DNA of 64,000 nt, taken from assembly GCA_963749075.1 (NCBI GenBank), contig CAVVLJ010000016.1:800001-864000 (forward strand). Direction: 5' to 3'. Below the pieces are notes generated by a model that did no database searches, was not told the DNA's origin, and saw nothing but the letters and a program-made list of their open reading frames with translations. Shown piece after piece: positions 38,674 through 48,555 of this stretch (its first letter is position 1; each line of letters begins with the position of its first letter). The stretch comes from an uncultured Pseudomonadota bacterium (GTDB lineage Bacteria > Pseudomonadota > Alphaproteobacteria > JACZXZ01). Made by a program: the position numbers and the translations under genes.

Positions 38674-41115
38674 GTGAGGACGCATGCGCGGGTGGCGGTG
38701 ATCGGCGGCGGCGCCGTCGGCTGCTCCATCCTCTATCACCTGACTGCGGCGGGCTGGAGCGACGTGGTGCTCATCGAGCGGGACGAGCTCACCGCCGGCT
38801 CGACCTGGCACGCGGCCGGACTCCTGCCGCTCTTCAACATGTCCTATGCCACCGGCCAGATGCACAAATACTCGCTCGAGCTCTATCAGCGCCTGGCGGC
38901 CGAATGGCAGCGCGACGTGGGCTTCCGGCGCGTCGGCAACTTGCGCATGGCGCGCACGCGCGAGCGCATGGAGGAGTTCCAGACCTACGCCACGACCGCG
39001 GATTCGATCGGCGTGCCTTACGAATGGTGGTCGCCTGCGGAGATCAAGGAGCGCTTCCCCCTCGTCAACATAGACGGGCTCGTGGGCGCCCTCTACCACC
39101 CGACCGACGGCTACATCAACTCGGCCAACATCGCCATGCTGCTCGCCGATGCCGCGCGGAAGGGCGGCGCCGAGATCAACCGCCAGACGGAGGTGCAGGC
39201 GATCGACCGCACGGCTAAGGGCGAGTGGCGACTTAAGACGAACAAGGGCGACGTGCTCTGCGAGATCGTGGTGGCCGCGACCGGCAATCACGCCCAGCAT
39301 ACGGCCGGCATGGTCGGGCTCCACATCCCGGCGATCCCGGTCGAGCACCAGTATATCGTGACGGGCGAGATCCCCGAGATCGTCGAATGGCGCAAGGCCG
39401 GGCATCCCGAGCACCCCATCCTCCGCGATGCGGACGCCCGCTGGTACATGCGCGAGGAGCGCGGCGGCCTCATCCTCGGCCCTTACGAGAAGGGAGCACC
39501 GGCCTGGGCCGTCCACGGCGTGCCCGAGGGCTTCAAGGCCGAGCTCCTGCCGCCCGACCTCGACCGCCTCGAATGGCACATCGAGGAGGCCTTCTTCCGC
39601 ATGCCCTGCTTCGCCAAGGGCGGCGTCAAGACGGTCTACAACGGCCCCATCTGCTACACGCCCGACGGCAATCCCCTCATCGGTCCGGCGCCCGGGCTCG
39701 CCAATTTCTATTTCGCCGAGGGCTTCTCCTTCGGCATCACCGCGGCGGGAGGCGCCGGGAAATACCTCGTCCAGATCATCGCCGAGGGCGAGGCCGAGAT
39801 CGACATGCTCGCCGTGGACGCGCGCCGCTTCGGCGCCTACGCGACGCGCCCTTACGCGGTCAAGAAGAACGAGGAGGCCTACGACCACGTCTTCGTGCTG
39901 CATTACCCGGACGAGGAGCGCCCCGCCGGCCGGCCCTTGCGCACCACGCCCGCCTACGACCGGCTCAAGGTGCGGGGTGCTGTCTTCGGCCAGCGTTTCG
40001 GCTGGGAGCGCGCCAACTTCTTCGCACCCGTGGCGAGCTTCGCGGAGCAATGGTCGTTCCGCCGCGGCAACTGGTGGCCCTACGTCAAAGCGGAAGCGGA
40101 GGCGATCCGCGGCAATGTCGGGCTCATCGAGGCCTCGACCTTCGCGAAATACCTCGCGCGCGGGCCGGGTGCCGAGGCCTGGCTCGACCGCCTCGTCGCC
40201 AACCGCCTGCCGCAGAAGGCGGGACGCATCCAGCTCACCCACGCCTGCACGAAGCAAGGCGGCGTGCGCTCGGAGCTCACCATCATGCGCGACGGGCCGG
40301 AGGCCTTCTACCTGGTCGGCGCCGGTGCCGCCGAGGCCTATGACTGGGACTATCTCACGCGCACCATGCCCAAGGACGGCTCGGTCGCCCTCGAGCGCAT
40401 CACCACGCAGGTGGGCGTCTTCGTGCTGGCGGGGCCGCGGAGCCGCGAGGTGCTGGCGAAGCTCACGGACGGGCTCGAGCTCGACAATGCCGGCTTCCCC
40501 TGGCTCAGCGGACGGCAAGCCACGGTCGGCATGGCGCCGGTGCGGCTCATGCGCGTCAACTACGTGGGCGAGCTCGGCTGGGAGATCCACCACGGCATCG
40601 AATACCAGAACCATCTCTTCGATTGCCTCGAGGAGGCGGGACGCGAGTTCGGCATGAGCCTCGTCGGCATGCGCGCGATGAACTGGCTGAGGCTCGAGAA
40701 GAGCTACCGCGCCTGGGGCGCCGAGCTCTCCAAGGAAGTGACGGCGCTCGAGAGCGGCCTCGAGCGTTTCGTGCGTCTCGACAAGAACAGCGACTTCGTG
40801 GGGCGCGCGGCGCTCGAGCGGCAGAAGGCGTCGGGCGCTTTGCGCTGGCGCCTCGTGACGATTCTCATCGACGGTCCCGCGGATGCGGACCCCTGGGGCG
40901 TCGAATCGATCTGGTCCCAAGGCAAGGTGGTGGGCCGCGCCACGGGCGGCGGCTACTCGGTGCATTTCAAGAAGCAGATCGCCCTCGCCTTCGTGCGGCC
41001 CGAGTACGCCGGCTTGGGCCAGGCGCTCGAGATCAAGATGCTCGAGGAGCGCTATCCGGCCCACGCGGTCGAGGACAGCCCCTACGATCCGGCGAACGCA
41101 CGGGCGCGCGCTTGA
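38674..41115 (+). CDS. GcvT-family FAD oxidoreductase (dimethylglycine/sarcosine dehydrogenase-like), copy 1
   Basis: VIGGGAVG, LTAGSTWHAAG, EHQYIVT, YTPDGNP, GWERAN, YVGELGWEIH, LRLEKSY. Confidence 0.93.
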   Translation: MRTHARVAVIGGGAVGCSILYHLTAAGWSDVVLIERDELTAGSTWHAAGLLPLFNMSYATGQMHKYSLELYQRLAAEWQRDVGFRRVGNLRMARTRERMEEFQTYATTADSIGVPYEWWSPAEIKERFPLVNIDGLVGALYHPTDGYINSANIAMLLADAARKGGAEINRQTEVQAIDRTAKGEWRLKTNKGDVLCEIVVAATGNHAQHTAGMVGLHIPAIPVEHQYIVTGEIPEIVEWRKAGHPEHPILRDADARWYMREERGGLILGPYEKGAPAWAVHGVPEGFKAELLPPDLDRLEWHIEEAFFRMPCFAKGGVKTVYNGPICYTPDGNPLIGPAPGLANFYFAEGFSFGITAAGGAGKYLVQIIAEGEAEIDMLAVDARRFGAYATRPYAVKKNEEAYDHVFVLHYPDEERPAGRPLRTTPAYDRLKVRGAVFGQRFGWERANFFAPVASFAEQWSFRRGNWWPYVKAEAEAIRGNVGLIEASTFAKYLARGPGAEAWLDRLVANRLPQKAGRIQLTHACTKQGGVRSELTIMRDGPEAFYLVGAGAAEAYDWDYLTRTMPKDGSVALERITTQVGVFVLAGPRSREVLAKLTDGLELDNAGFPWLSGRQATVGMAPVRLMRVNYVGELGWEIHHGIEYQNHLFDCLEEAGREFGMSLVGMRAMNWLRLEKSYRAWGAELSKEVTALESGLERFVRLDKNSDFVGRAALERQKASGALRWRLVTILIDGPADADPWGVESIWSQGKVVGRATGGGYSVHFKKQIALAFVRPEYAGLGQALEIKMLEERYPAHAVEDSPYDPANARARA

Positions 41116-41158
41116 GCGGGCCTGGAGTCCGGCGCCGCTCGCCGCGCCGAGGCGCTCG

Positions 41159-41190
41159 TTGACGGCGGGCGTAAGGGCCGGCTATATAAC
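41159..41190 (+). promoter_or_regulatory. Candidate sigma70 promoter of the second TA module
   Basis: TTGACG-N18-TATATA(AC), then GGGAGG RBS and ATG 41213. Confidence 0.6.
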
Positions 41191-41212
41191 CGGTTCCCGT
41201 CGGGAGGACGTC

Positions 41213-41515
41213 ATGACGAAAGCTTCGCAGCGGCGTACGGTCGCCAATCATCGGCCGCGCCTCATGGAGCACGACCTCCGCCGCTACGAGGTCCGCGGCC
41301 TGGAAACGGACAAGACCCTCGTCCGCGGTCTAGCGAAGCGTCTTGCGGCAGGCGATGAGGCGGCCGCCCGACTTCGCCGGGAACTCGCCGAGAAAGTCCC
41401 CCTTGCGCCACGACACCGCGGCGGGATTCTTGCAGCGCTGCGGCGCTCGCCACTCGTCGGCGCCGGACTACGCATCCGGCGCGAGACAAGCCGGGGACGT
41501 GACTCCGGCCTGTGA
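41213..41515 (+). CDS. Putative antitoxin
   Basis: MTKASQRR...RYEVRGLETDKTLVRGLAKRL...GGILAALRRSPLVGA; 4-nt overlap with the PIN gene; strong RBS. Confidence 0.75.
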   Translation: MTKASQRRTVANHRPRLMEHDLRRYEVRGLETDKTLVRGLAKRLAAGDEAAARLRRELAEKVPLAPRHRGGILAALRRSPLVGAGLRIRRETSRGRDSGL

Positions 41516-41946
41516 CGCGCTACCTTCTCGATACCAACATCATCAGCGCCGCCACCAGGGTGGCTCCGCCGGCAGCTCTGATCGCATGGCTTGATCGCCA
41601 GGCGGATGCGGATCTCTTCATTGCGGCTCTTACGGTCGCCGAGATCAAGCGCGGCATCCTTGAGCTCGAGCCGGGGCGCAGACGACGCGCGCTTGAAGCG
41701 TGGTTTGCCGGTCCGGAGGGTCCCCAGGCGCTCTTTCGCGGCCGCGTGCTGTCCTTCGATGAACGCGCGGCGGCGGAGTGGGCAAGGCTCATGGCCGCTG
41801 GAAAGGCGGTGGGGCGCCCGCGCAGCGCGCTCGACATGATCATCGCCTCGACCGCCGTGATCCACGACTGCATCGTCGCCACCTTGAACGAGCGTCACTT
41901 CGAGGGCGCCGTGGAATTCATCAATCCGTCGCGGAGTGCCACGTGA
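41512..41946 (+). CDS. vapC: VapC PIN-domain toxin
   Basis: YLLDTNIIS, TVAEIKRG, LDMIIA, ATLNERHF. Confidence 0.92.
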   Translation: MTRYLLDTNIISAATRVAPPAALIAWLDRQADADLFIAALTVAEIKRGILELEPGRRRRALEAWFAGPEGPQALFRGRVLSFDERAAAEWARLMAAGKAVGRPRSALDMIIASTAVIHDCIVATLNERHFEGAVEFINPSRSAT

Positions 41947-41956
41947 TGGCCGGGTC

Positions 41957-44395
41957 ATGACGGACGCGTTTCCCACCCACGCCCGCGTCGTCGTCATCGG
42001 CGGCGGCATCGTCGGCTGCAGCGTGCTCTATCATCTGACGCGGCTCGGCTGGACGGACGTGGCGCTGGTCGAGAAGGGCGAGTTGACGCAAGGCTCGACC
42101 TGGCACGCGGCGGGCAATACGCCGCTCTTCAGCACGAGCCTCGCCGTGAGCCGCATGCATATGGAGAGCGTGGCACTCTATCAGCGCCTCGAGGCCGAGA
42201 CCGGCCAGGCCGTGGGCTTCCACAAGACGGGCAGCCTGCGGCTCGCGCTCAGGCCCGAGCGCATGGACGAGTGGCGCCACCATCGCGGCAAGGCGCGTTA
42301 TCTCGGGCTCGCCTACGAGCTCCTCGGCCCGGGAGAGATCAAGGCGCTGCATCCGCTCATCGAGACGGCGGGCGTGCTCGGCGCCGTGTGGAACCCGGAC
42401 GACGGGCACATCGATCCCTCGAGCGTCACCCAGGCGCTCGCCAAGGGTGCCCGCGACCGCGGCGCCAAGGTGCTGCGCCGCACCGAGGTCGTGGGCCTGG
42501 CACGGACGCCGGCCGGCGAATGGCAGGTCGAGACCACCCGTGGCCGCATCGCAGCCGAGACCCTGGTGAACGCGGCAGGCCTCTGGGCGCGCGAGGCAGG
42601 CGCGCTCTCCGGCCTCGACCTCCCGATCGTGCCCATGGAGCACCAGTATCTCGTGACCGAGGCGATCCCCGAGATCGCATCGCTCGCGCGCGAGCTGCCG
42701 ATCCTCCGCGACGTCGACGTGTCCTACTATCTGCGCCAGGAGCGCGGCGGGCTCCTCCTCGGCCCCTATGAGCGGCCGGCCAGGGCCTGGGGCGTGGGCA
42801 GCATCCCTTTGGGCTTCGGCATGGAGCTGCTGCCGCCCGAGCTCGACCGCCTCCAGACCATCGTCGAGCAGGCCATGGCCCGCGTGCCGGCGCTTGGCCG
42901 TGCCGGCATCAAGCGCGTGGTGAACGGCGCCATCACCTATACGCCCGACGGCAACCCGATGCTCGGTCCGGTGCGCGGCTTGCCGAACTACTTCCTCGCG
43001 GTCGGCTTCAGCTTCGGCATCACGCAAGCGGGCGGTGCCGGGAAGCATCTTGCCGAATGGATCGTCGAGGGCGAGCCGGGCATCGAGCTCTGGGAGCTCG
43101 ACCCGCGGCGCTACGGGGCTTACGCCACGCTGCCTTACGCGGTCGCGCGTTGCGTGGATTCTTACGAAGACGAGTACGCCATCCTCTATCCCCAGCTCGA
43201 GCGCGCGGCGGGCCGCCCGTCAAAGCCGGGCCCGCTCTATGCTCAGCTTGCGGAGGAGGGTGCGGTGTTCGGCGCGCGCAACGGCTGGGAGCGCGCCAAC
43301 TGGTTCGCGGAGCCGGGAGAGGAGCGCTTCGACCGGCCGAGCTTCCGGCGCGCCAATTGGTTCGCCGCGGTCGGCCGCGAGTGCCGCAACGTGCGCGAGC
43401 GTTGCGGCATTCTCGACATGTCGAGCTTCGCCAAGTTCGAGGTTTCGGGACCGGGCGCCGCGGCATTCCTCGACCGTCTCGTGGCCAACCGCCTGCAGCG
43501 GAAGGCGGGCGGCACCGCGCTCGCCCACTTCCTCAGCGATACCGGCGGCGTCTATGCGGAGATGGTCGCAGCACGCCTCGAGGGCGGCCGCTTCTACCTC
43601 GTCTCGGCTTCGGCGGCCGAGCTCCACGACCTCGACTGGCTCGAGCGCCATGCGCCGAGCGGCGGCGGCGTTACAATCGAGAACGTGACGGAGCGTTATG
43701 GCGCACTCCTCGCGACCGGGCCGCGTGCGCGCGATCTCCTCGCCAGGCTCAGCAACGCGCCGCTCGACGACGAGCGCTTTCCCTCGCGCGGGTGCCGCGA
43801 GATCGCCGTTGCCGGCGTGCCGGTGCGGGCGCTGAGGATCAGCTATGCGGGCGAGCTCGGCTGGGAGCTCCATCATCCGATCGAGAAGGCGTCGGCGCTC
43901 TACCAGGCGCTGATGAGCGCGGGCGAGGAGCTGGGTGCCGCACCCTTCGGCTTCCGCGCCCTCAATTCCCTCCGCCTCGAGAAGGCCTATCGCGGCTGGG
44001 GCAGCGAGCTCTCGCTGGAGGTGAGCCCGCTCGCGGCCGGACTCGCGCGCTTCGTGCGCCTCGACAAGGGCGACTTCATCGGCCGCCAAGCGCTCCTCGG
44101 CCAGGCGGGGCGGGAACCGCGCGAGCGTCTTGCCTATCTCGCGGTCGATACGGCCGATGCCGACGCCTTCGGCGGCCAGGCGGTCTTCGCCGACGGCCGC
44201 GTCACCGGCATCGTCACCTCGGGCGGCTACGGCCATGTCGTCGGACGCAGCATCGCCTTCGCCTATGTGGAGCCGGCGAGTGCGGCGCCGGGCACGGCGC
44301 TCGAGGTCGAGATCCTGGGCGAGCGGCGGCCCGCGCGGGTCCTCGCCGAGGCGCTCTACGACCCGGCGAACAGGCGGCTCGCGGGCGGCCGCTGA
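41957..44395 (+). CDS. GcvT-family FAD oxidoreductase, copy 2
   Basis: VIGGGIVG, LTQGSTWHAAG, EHQYLVT, YTPDGNP, GWERANW, YAGELGWELH, LRLEKAY. Confidence 0.93.
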   Translation: MTDAFPTHARVVVIGGGIVGCSVLYHLTRLGWTDVALVEKGELTQGSTWHAAGNTPLFSTSLAVSRMHMESVALYQRLEAETGQAVGFHKTGSLRLALRPERMDEWRHHRGKARYLGLAYELLGPGEIKALHPLIETAGVLGAVWNPDDGHIDPSSVTQALAKGARDRGAKVLRRTEVVGLARTPAGEWQVETTRGRIAAETLVNAAGLWAREAGALSGLDLPIVPMEHQYLVTEAIPEIASLARELPILRDVDVSYYLRQERGGLLLGPYERPARAWGVGSIPLGFGMELLPPELDRLQTIVEQAMARVPALGRAGIKRVVNGAITYTPDGNPMLGPVRGLPNYFLAVGFSFGITQAGGAGKHLAEWIVEGEPGIELWELDPRRYGAYATLPYAVARCVDSYEDEYAILYPQLERAAGRPSKPGPLYAQLAEEGAVFGARNGWERANWFAEPGEERFDRPSFRRANWFAAVGRECRNVRERCGILDMSSFAKFEVSGPGAAAFLDRLVANRLQRKAGGTALAHFLSDTGGVYAEMVAARLEGGRFYLVSASAAELHDLDWLERHAPSGGGVTIENVTERYGALLATGPRARDLLARLSNAPLDDERFPSRGCREIAVAGVPVRALRISYAGELGWELHHPIEKASALYQALMSAGEELGAAPFGFRALNSLRLEKAYRGWGSELSLEVSPLAAGLARFVRLDKGDFIGRQALLGQAGREPRERLAYLAVDTADADAFGGQAVFADGRVTGIVTSGGYGHVVGRSIAFAYVEPASAAPGTALEVEILGERRPARVLAEALYDPANRRLAGGR

Positions 44396-44405
44396 GCGCG
44401 CGGCC

Positions 44406-44825
44406 TCAGAACGCCGGCCGGCTCGTGCCTTCTTGGAGCGCCTGGGGAACCCCGTCGTCGATGGTGTAATAGTCGCCCTTGTCCGCGACGAAGATGTGCT
44501 GCGCGATCGTGAGGCCGGTCGGCGGGTCGAGGGAGCCCACGGCGATCGAGATATAGTCGCGTCCCTCGCCGTCCCAGAAGAGGACCGAGCCGCACTCGCC
44601 GCAGAAGCCCCGCCGCGCCTCCGCCGAGGACGCATACCATTTGAGGCCGCCCGCGCGGGCGAGCGTGAAGTGCGCGCGCTTGGCCGCGGTCGAGGCCATG
44701 AAATGCCCGGTCTGCCGCCGGCATTGTGCGCAGTGGCAGGCGACGATCGGGCGGAGCGGCCCGCTGACCTCGTAGCGCACGCCGCCGCAAAGGCAGCGTC
44801 CGGTGTGATGCTCGGTCTTGCTCAT
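44406..44825 (-). CDS. GFA family (glutathione-dependent formaldehyde-activating-like) protein
   Basis: GRCLCG, CHCAQCRR, RGFCGECGS, HIFVADK. Confidence 0.92.
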   Translation of the reverse strand: MSKTEHHTGRCLCGGVRYEVSGPLRPIVACHCAQCRRQTGHFMASTAAKRAHFTLARAGGLKWYASSAEARRGFCGECGSVLFWDGEGRDYISIAVGSLDPPTGLTIAQHIFVADKGDYYTIDDGVPQALQEGTSRPAF

Positions 44826-44911
44826 GGAGCGGCTCCTCGTCCCGCGGCTGATGGCTCGGCGGGATTATGCCATAATGGCGCCCGGCCGCGGCAAGATCGG
44901 GAGGAGGGAGG

Positions 44912-46159
44912 ATGGGCGGATCAGAGAGGGCGGAGGAGCCGGTCGCACCGCTCGCCTTCGACGTGGCGGAGCGCATCGCGCGCATCGATCAGCGGAAGCT
45001 CAATGAGGGGCGTCTTAAGCGCCTGCGCGCCGAGCTCGTCGGGCGCGACTATATGGGCTGCCTCCTCGCCGATCCCGTGAACATCCGCTACGCGACCGGC
45101 AGCCGCAACATGCAGGTGTGGACCATGCACGCGCCGGGGCGCTGGGCCTTCGTGCCGAGCGAGGGGCCGGTGGTGCTCTACGAGTTCGCGAGCTCGATGC
45201 ACGTCAACGACGGCCTCGCCAATATCGCCGAGATGCGGCCGGCAGTACCGTGGTTCTATTTCCTCGCCGGCCCGCGCGTCGAGGAGAAGGCGAGCGCATG
45301 GGCCAACGAGATCGCCGCCATGGTCGGGCAGCACGGCGGCGGCAACCGCCGTCTTGCCGTCGACCGCTGCGAGCCGCTCGGCGCCTTCAAGCTTGCCGAG
45401 CGCGGCATCGCACTCTTCGACGCGCAGGAGCCGCTCGAGCAGGCGCGGCGCCTGAAGCTGCCCGAGGAGATCGCAGCACTCGAGCTCTCGATGGCGGTGT
45501 GCGACGCGGCGATCGCGCGCATGCGCGAGACGCTCCGTCCGGGCATCAGCGAGAACCAGCTCTGGGCCGTGCTGCACGACGTGAACATCGCCCATGACGG
45601 GGAGTGGATCGAGTGCCGCCTCCTCACTTCGGGCGAGCGCACCAATCCCTGGTTCCAGGAATCCGGCAACCGGGTGATCCAAGCGGGCGATCTCGTCGCC
45701 TTCGACACCGACATGGTGGGTCCGCTCGGCTATCTCGCCGACATCTCGCGGAGCTGGGTCTGCCCCGGGCGCAAGCCGACGGCGGCACAGCGCCGGCTCT
45801 ACGGCTTGGCCGAGGAGCAGGTGATGCACAACATGGCGCTGCTCAAGCCCGGCCTCGGCTTCCGCGAGTTCGCCGAGCGCTCATGGCCGGTGCCGGACGA
45901 ATTCCTCGCCAACCGCTACATGATGATGGTGCACGGCACCGGCCTCGTCGACGAGTACCCGAGCGTCGCCTATGCGCGGGACTTCGCCGAATGGGGCTAC
46001 GACGGCCATTTCGAGGAGAACATGGCCGTCTCGGTCGAGAGCTACATCGGCGAGGCAGGCGGCAAGGAGGGGGTCAAGCTCGAGCAGCAGGTGCTGATCA
46101 CCGCCGCCGGCGCCATCGCGCTCTCCAAGACGCCCTTCGCGGACGCGCTTCAGCCGTGA
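44912..46159 (+). CDS. M24 (Xaa-Pro peptidase fold) protein of the DddP-like clade
   Basis: DPVNIRYATGSRNMQVW, GEWIECRLL.SG.RTNPWFQE, FDTD, DISRSW, HG.GL.DE.P, VKLE.QVLIT, matching recalled DMSP lyase DddP signatures. Confidence 0.85.
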   Translation: MGGSERAEEPVAPLAFDVAERIARIDQRKLNEGRLKRLRAELVGRDYMGCLLADPVNIRYATGSRNMQVWTMHAPGRWAFVPSEGPVVLYEFASSMHVNDGLANIAEMRPAVPWFYFLAGPRVEEKASAWANEIAAMVGQHGGGNRRLAVDRCEPLGAFKLAERGIALFDAQEPLEQARRLKLPEEIAALELSMAVCDAAIARMRETLRPGISENQLWAVLHDVNIAHDGEWIECRLLTSGERTNPWFQESGNRVIQAGDLVAFDTDMVGPLGYLADISRSWVCPGRKPTAAQRRLYGLAEEQVMHNMALLKPGLGFREFAERSWPVPDEFLANRYMMMVHGTGLVDEYPSVAYARDFAEWGYDGHFEENMAVSVESYIGEAGGKEGVKLEQQVLITAAGAIALSKTPFADALQP

Positions 46160-46178
46160 GGGAAAGCGAGTACTCGAA

Positions 46179-46403
46179 ATGACCGACCCCCGCGCCGAGC
46201 TTGCCTCATCAGGGAGCGAGACCGTCTGCCCGCGCTGCGGCGAGCGCTTTGCCTGCTGCCCGGAGGGCTCCTGCTGGTGCTCGACGGAGGCTTTCCGACT
46301 GCCGCGCGAAGCGCTCGCGCCCGGGCTCGGCTGCTATTGCCCGAGCTGCCTCGCCGCGGTCGCGGCGGCGGCGGCTCCGCGCGGCGACCGCGAAGGCGCA
46401 TGA
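46179..46403 (+). CDS. Cysteine-rich CWC family small protein
   Basis: CPRCG..FAC....CWC...CYCPSCL. Confidence 0.8.
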   Translation: MTDPRAELASSGSETVCPRCGERFACCPEGSCWCSTEAFRLPREALAPGLGCYCPSCLAAVAAAAAPRGDREGA

Positions 46404-48448
46404 CGATGGTCGCCAAGGACCCGCTCCTCGAGCCGTTCGATCTCAAGCACCTCACGCTGAGGAACCGCTTCATGTCGACGGCGCACGAGCCGTTCTACAC
46501 CGAGGACGGCTTGCCCAAGGCGCGCTACCGCCTCTATCACCGCGAGAAGGCGAGGGGCGGGATTGCGCTCACCATGATCGGCGGCTCCTCGGTCGTCTCG
46601 CCCGACAGCCCGCAGGCCTTCGGCAACATCCTTCTCTACAAGGACGAGGTGGTGCCGTGGCTCGCCGAGCTCGCGGACGACGTGCACGCCCAAGGTGCCG
46701 CGGTGATGATCCAGATCACCCATCTCGGCCGCCGCACGTCGTGGAGCAAGGAGGACTGGCTGCCGGTCATCGCACCCTCGCCGGTGCGCGAGCCGGCGCA
46801 TCGCGCCTTTCCCAAGGAAGCCGAGGACTGGGACATCGCGCGCGTCATCCGCCACTATGCGGAGGCGGCGGAGCGCTGCAAGGCGGCCGGCCTCGACGGC
46901 ATCGAGATCGAGTGCTACGGGCATCTCGCGGATCAGTTCTGGTCGCCCGCCACCAACAGGCGAAGCGACGCCTACGGCGGCAGCCTCGAGAACCGCATGC
47001 GCTTCTCGCTCGACATGCTGGCGGCCATCCGCGCCCGCGTGGGACGCGACTACATCGTCGGCGTGCGCATGGTGTGCGACGAGGATTGGCAACGCGGGCT
47101 TTCGCGAGACGAGGGCATCGAGATCGCGCGCCGCCTCGCCGCCAGCGGCCGGATCGATTTCATCAACGTCATCCGCGGCCATATCGACAGCGACGAGGCG
47201 CTCTCCCACGTCATCCCCGGCATGGGCACGCGCCTGGCACCGCATCTCGACTTCGCCGGCGAGGTGAAGCGCGCCACGCGCTTTCCCGTCTTCCACGCGG
47301 CGCGCATCCAGGATGTCGCCACCGCGCGCCACGCGGTCGCCTCGGGCAAGCTCGACATGGTCGGCATGACGCGCGCCCACATCGCCGACCCGCATATCGC
47401 GCGCAAGGTCATGGAAGGGCGCGAGGCGGAGATCCGACCCTGCGTCGGCATGGGCTATTGCATCGACCGCATCTATCTCGGGGGCGAGGCGCTCTGCATC
47501 CACAACGCGGCGACGGGGCGCGAGGCGACCATGCCGCACGTGGTCGAGCGGAGTGCCGGTCGGCGGAAGACGGTCGTCGTGGTCGGCGCCGGGCCCGGCG
47601 GGCTCGAGGCGGCGCGCGTGGCAGCCGCCCGCGGCCACAGAGTCGTCCTCTTCGAGGCAGCGGCGAGGCCCGGCGGCCAGCTCGTCCTCGCGGCGGCGCT
47701 CAAGCGGCGGCAGGAGATACTCGGCATCGTCGACTGGCGCATGGCCGAATGCGCGCGCGACGGCGTCGAGATGCGCTTCGACACATACGCCGAGGCGGCG
47801 GACGTGCTCGGCGAGAGCCCCGACGTCGTCGTCGTTGCGACGGGGGGCGTGCCCAACACCTCGTTCCTCGACGAGGGCGAGGAGCTCGCGACCACGAGCT
47901 GGGACATCCTCTCGGGTGCTGCCAGGCCCGGCGAGAGCGTGCTGCTCTTCGACGACAACGGCGCCCACCCGGGCATGACGGCCGCCGAGTTCATCGCCGA
48001 GGCGGGAGCACGGCTCGAGATCGCGACACCCGAGCGCGTCCTGGCGCCCGAGGTGGGCGGCACCAACTACCCGGCCTATTTCAAGGCCTTCGCCGCGCAC
48101 GAGGTGACCATCACGCTCAATCACCGGCTCGAGCGCATCCGCCGCGACGGCAACCGCCTGGTCGCGGTCTTCCACAACGAGTACGACAAGTCTGTGCGCG
48201 AGCGCCGGGTCGATCAGGTCGTGGTCGAGCACGGCACGCTGCCGCTCGACGAGCTCTATTTCGCGCTCAAGGCCGGCTCGCGCAACCTGGGCGAGGTCGA
48301 CCACGCGGCACTCATCGCCAACCGGCCGCAGGAGCTGGTGCGCAACCCGGCCGGCACTTACGCGCTCTACCGCATCGGCGACGCGGTCGCCTCGCGCAAC
48401 ATCCACGCCGCCGTCTACGAGGCGCTGCGCCTGGCCAAGGATTTTTGA
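46400..48448 (+). CDS. stcD: NADH:flavin oxidoreductase, StcD-like (putative N-methylproline demethylase)
   Basis: DPLLEPFDLKHLTLRNR, AHEP, HLGRRT, HRAFPK, PHLDFAG, RPCVG.GYCIDRIY, CIHNAATGRE, RIGDAVASRNIHAA; ATGA overlap with the CWC gene. Confidence 0.88.
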   Translation: MTMVAKDPLLEPFDLKHLTLRNRFMSTAHEPFYTEDGLPKARYRLYHREKARGGIALTMIGGSSVVSPDSPQAFGNILLYKDEVVPWLAELADDVHAQGAAVMIQITHLGRRTSWSKEDWLPVIAPSPVREPAHRAFPKEAEDWDIARVIRHYAEAAERCKAAGLDGIEIECYGHLADQFWSPATNRRSDAYGGSLENRMRFSLDMLAAIRARVGRDYIVGVRMVCDEDWQRGLSRDEGIEIARRLAASGRIDFINVIRGHIDSDEALSHVIPGMGTRLAPHLDFAGEVKRATRFPVFHAARIQDVATARHAVASGKLDMVGMTRAHIADPHIARKVMEGREAEIRPCVGMGYCIDRIYLGGEALCIHNAATGREATMPHVVERSAGRRKTVVVVGAGPGGLEAARVAAARGHRVVLFEAAARPGGQLVLAAALKRRQEILGIVDWRMAECARDGVEMRFDTYAEAADVLGESPDVVVVATGGVPNTSFLDEGEELATTSWDILSGAARPGESVLLFDDNGAHPGMTAAEFIAEAGARLEIATPERVLAPEVGGTNYPAYFKAFAAHEVTITLNHRLERIRRDGNRLVAVFHNEYDKSVRERRVDQVVVEHGTLPLDELYFALKAGSRNLGEVDHAALIANRPQELVRNPAGTYALYRIGDAVASRNIHAAVYEALRLAKDF

Positions 48449-48555
48449 GCGGCGGCGGGGAGCCGGCCCCGTGCATGGCAGCCATGCCGGCAAGTCTCGC
48501 CACGGCGGACGGCCTCCGGCTAGAATGGCGGCAAGGCGAGGGGAGAGATCGAGGC

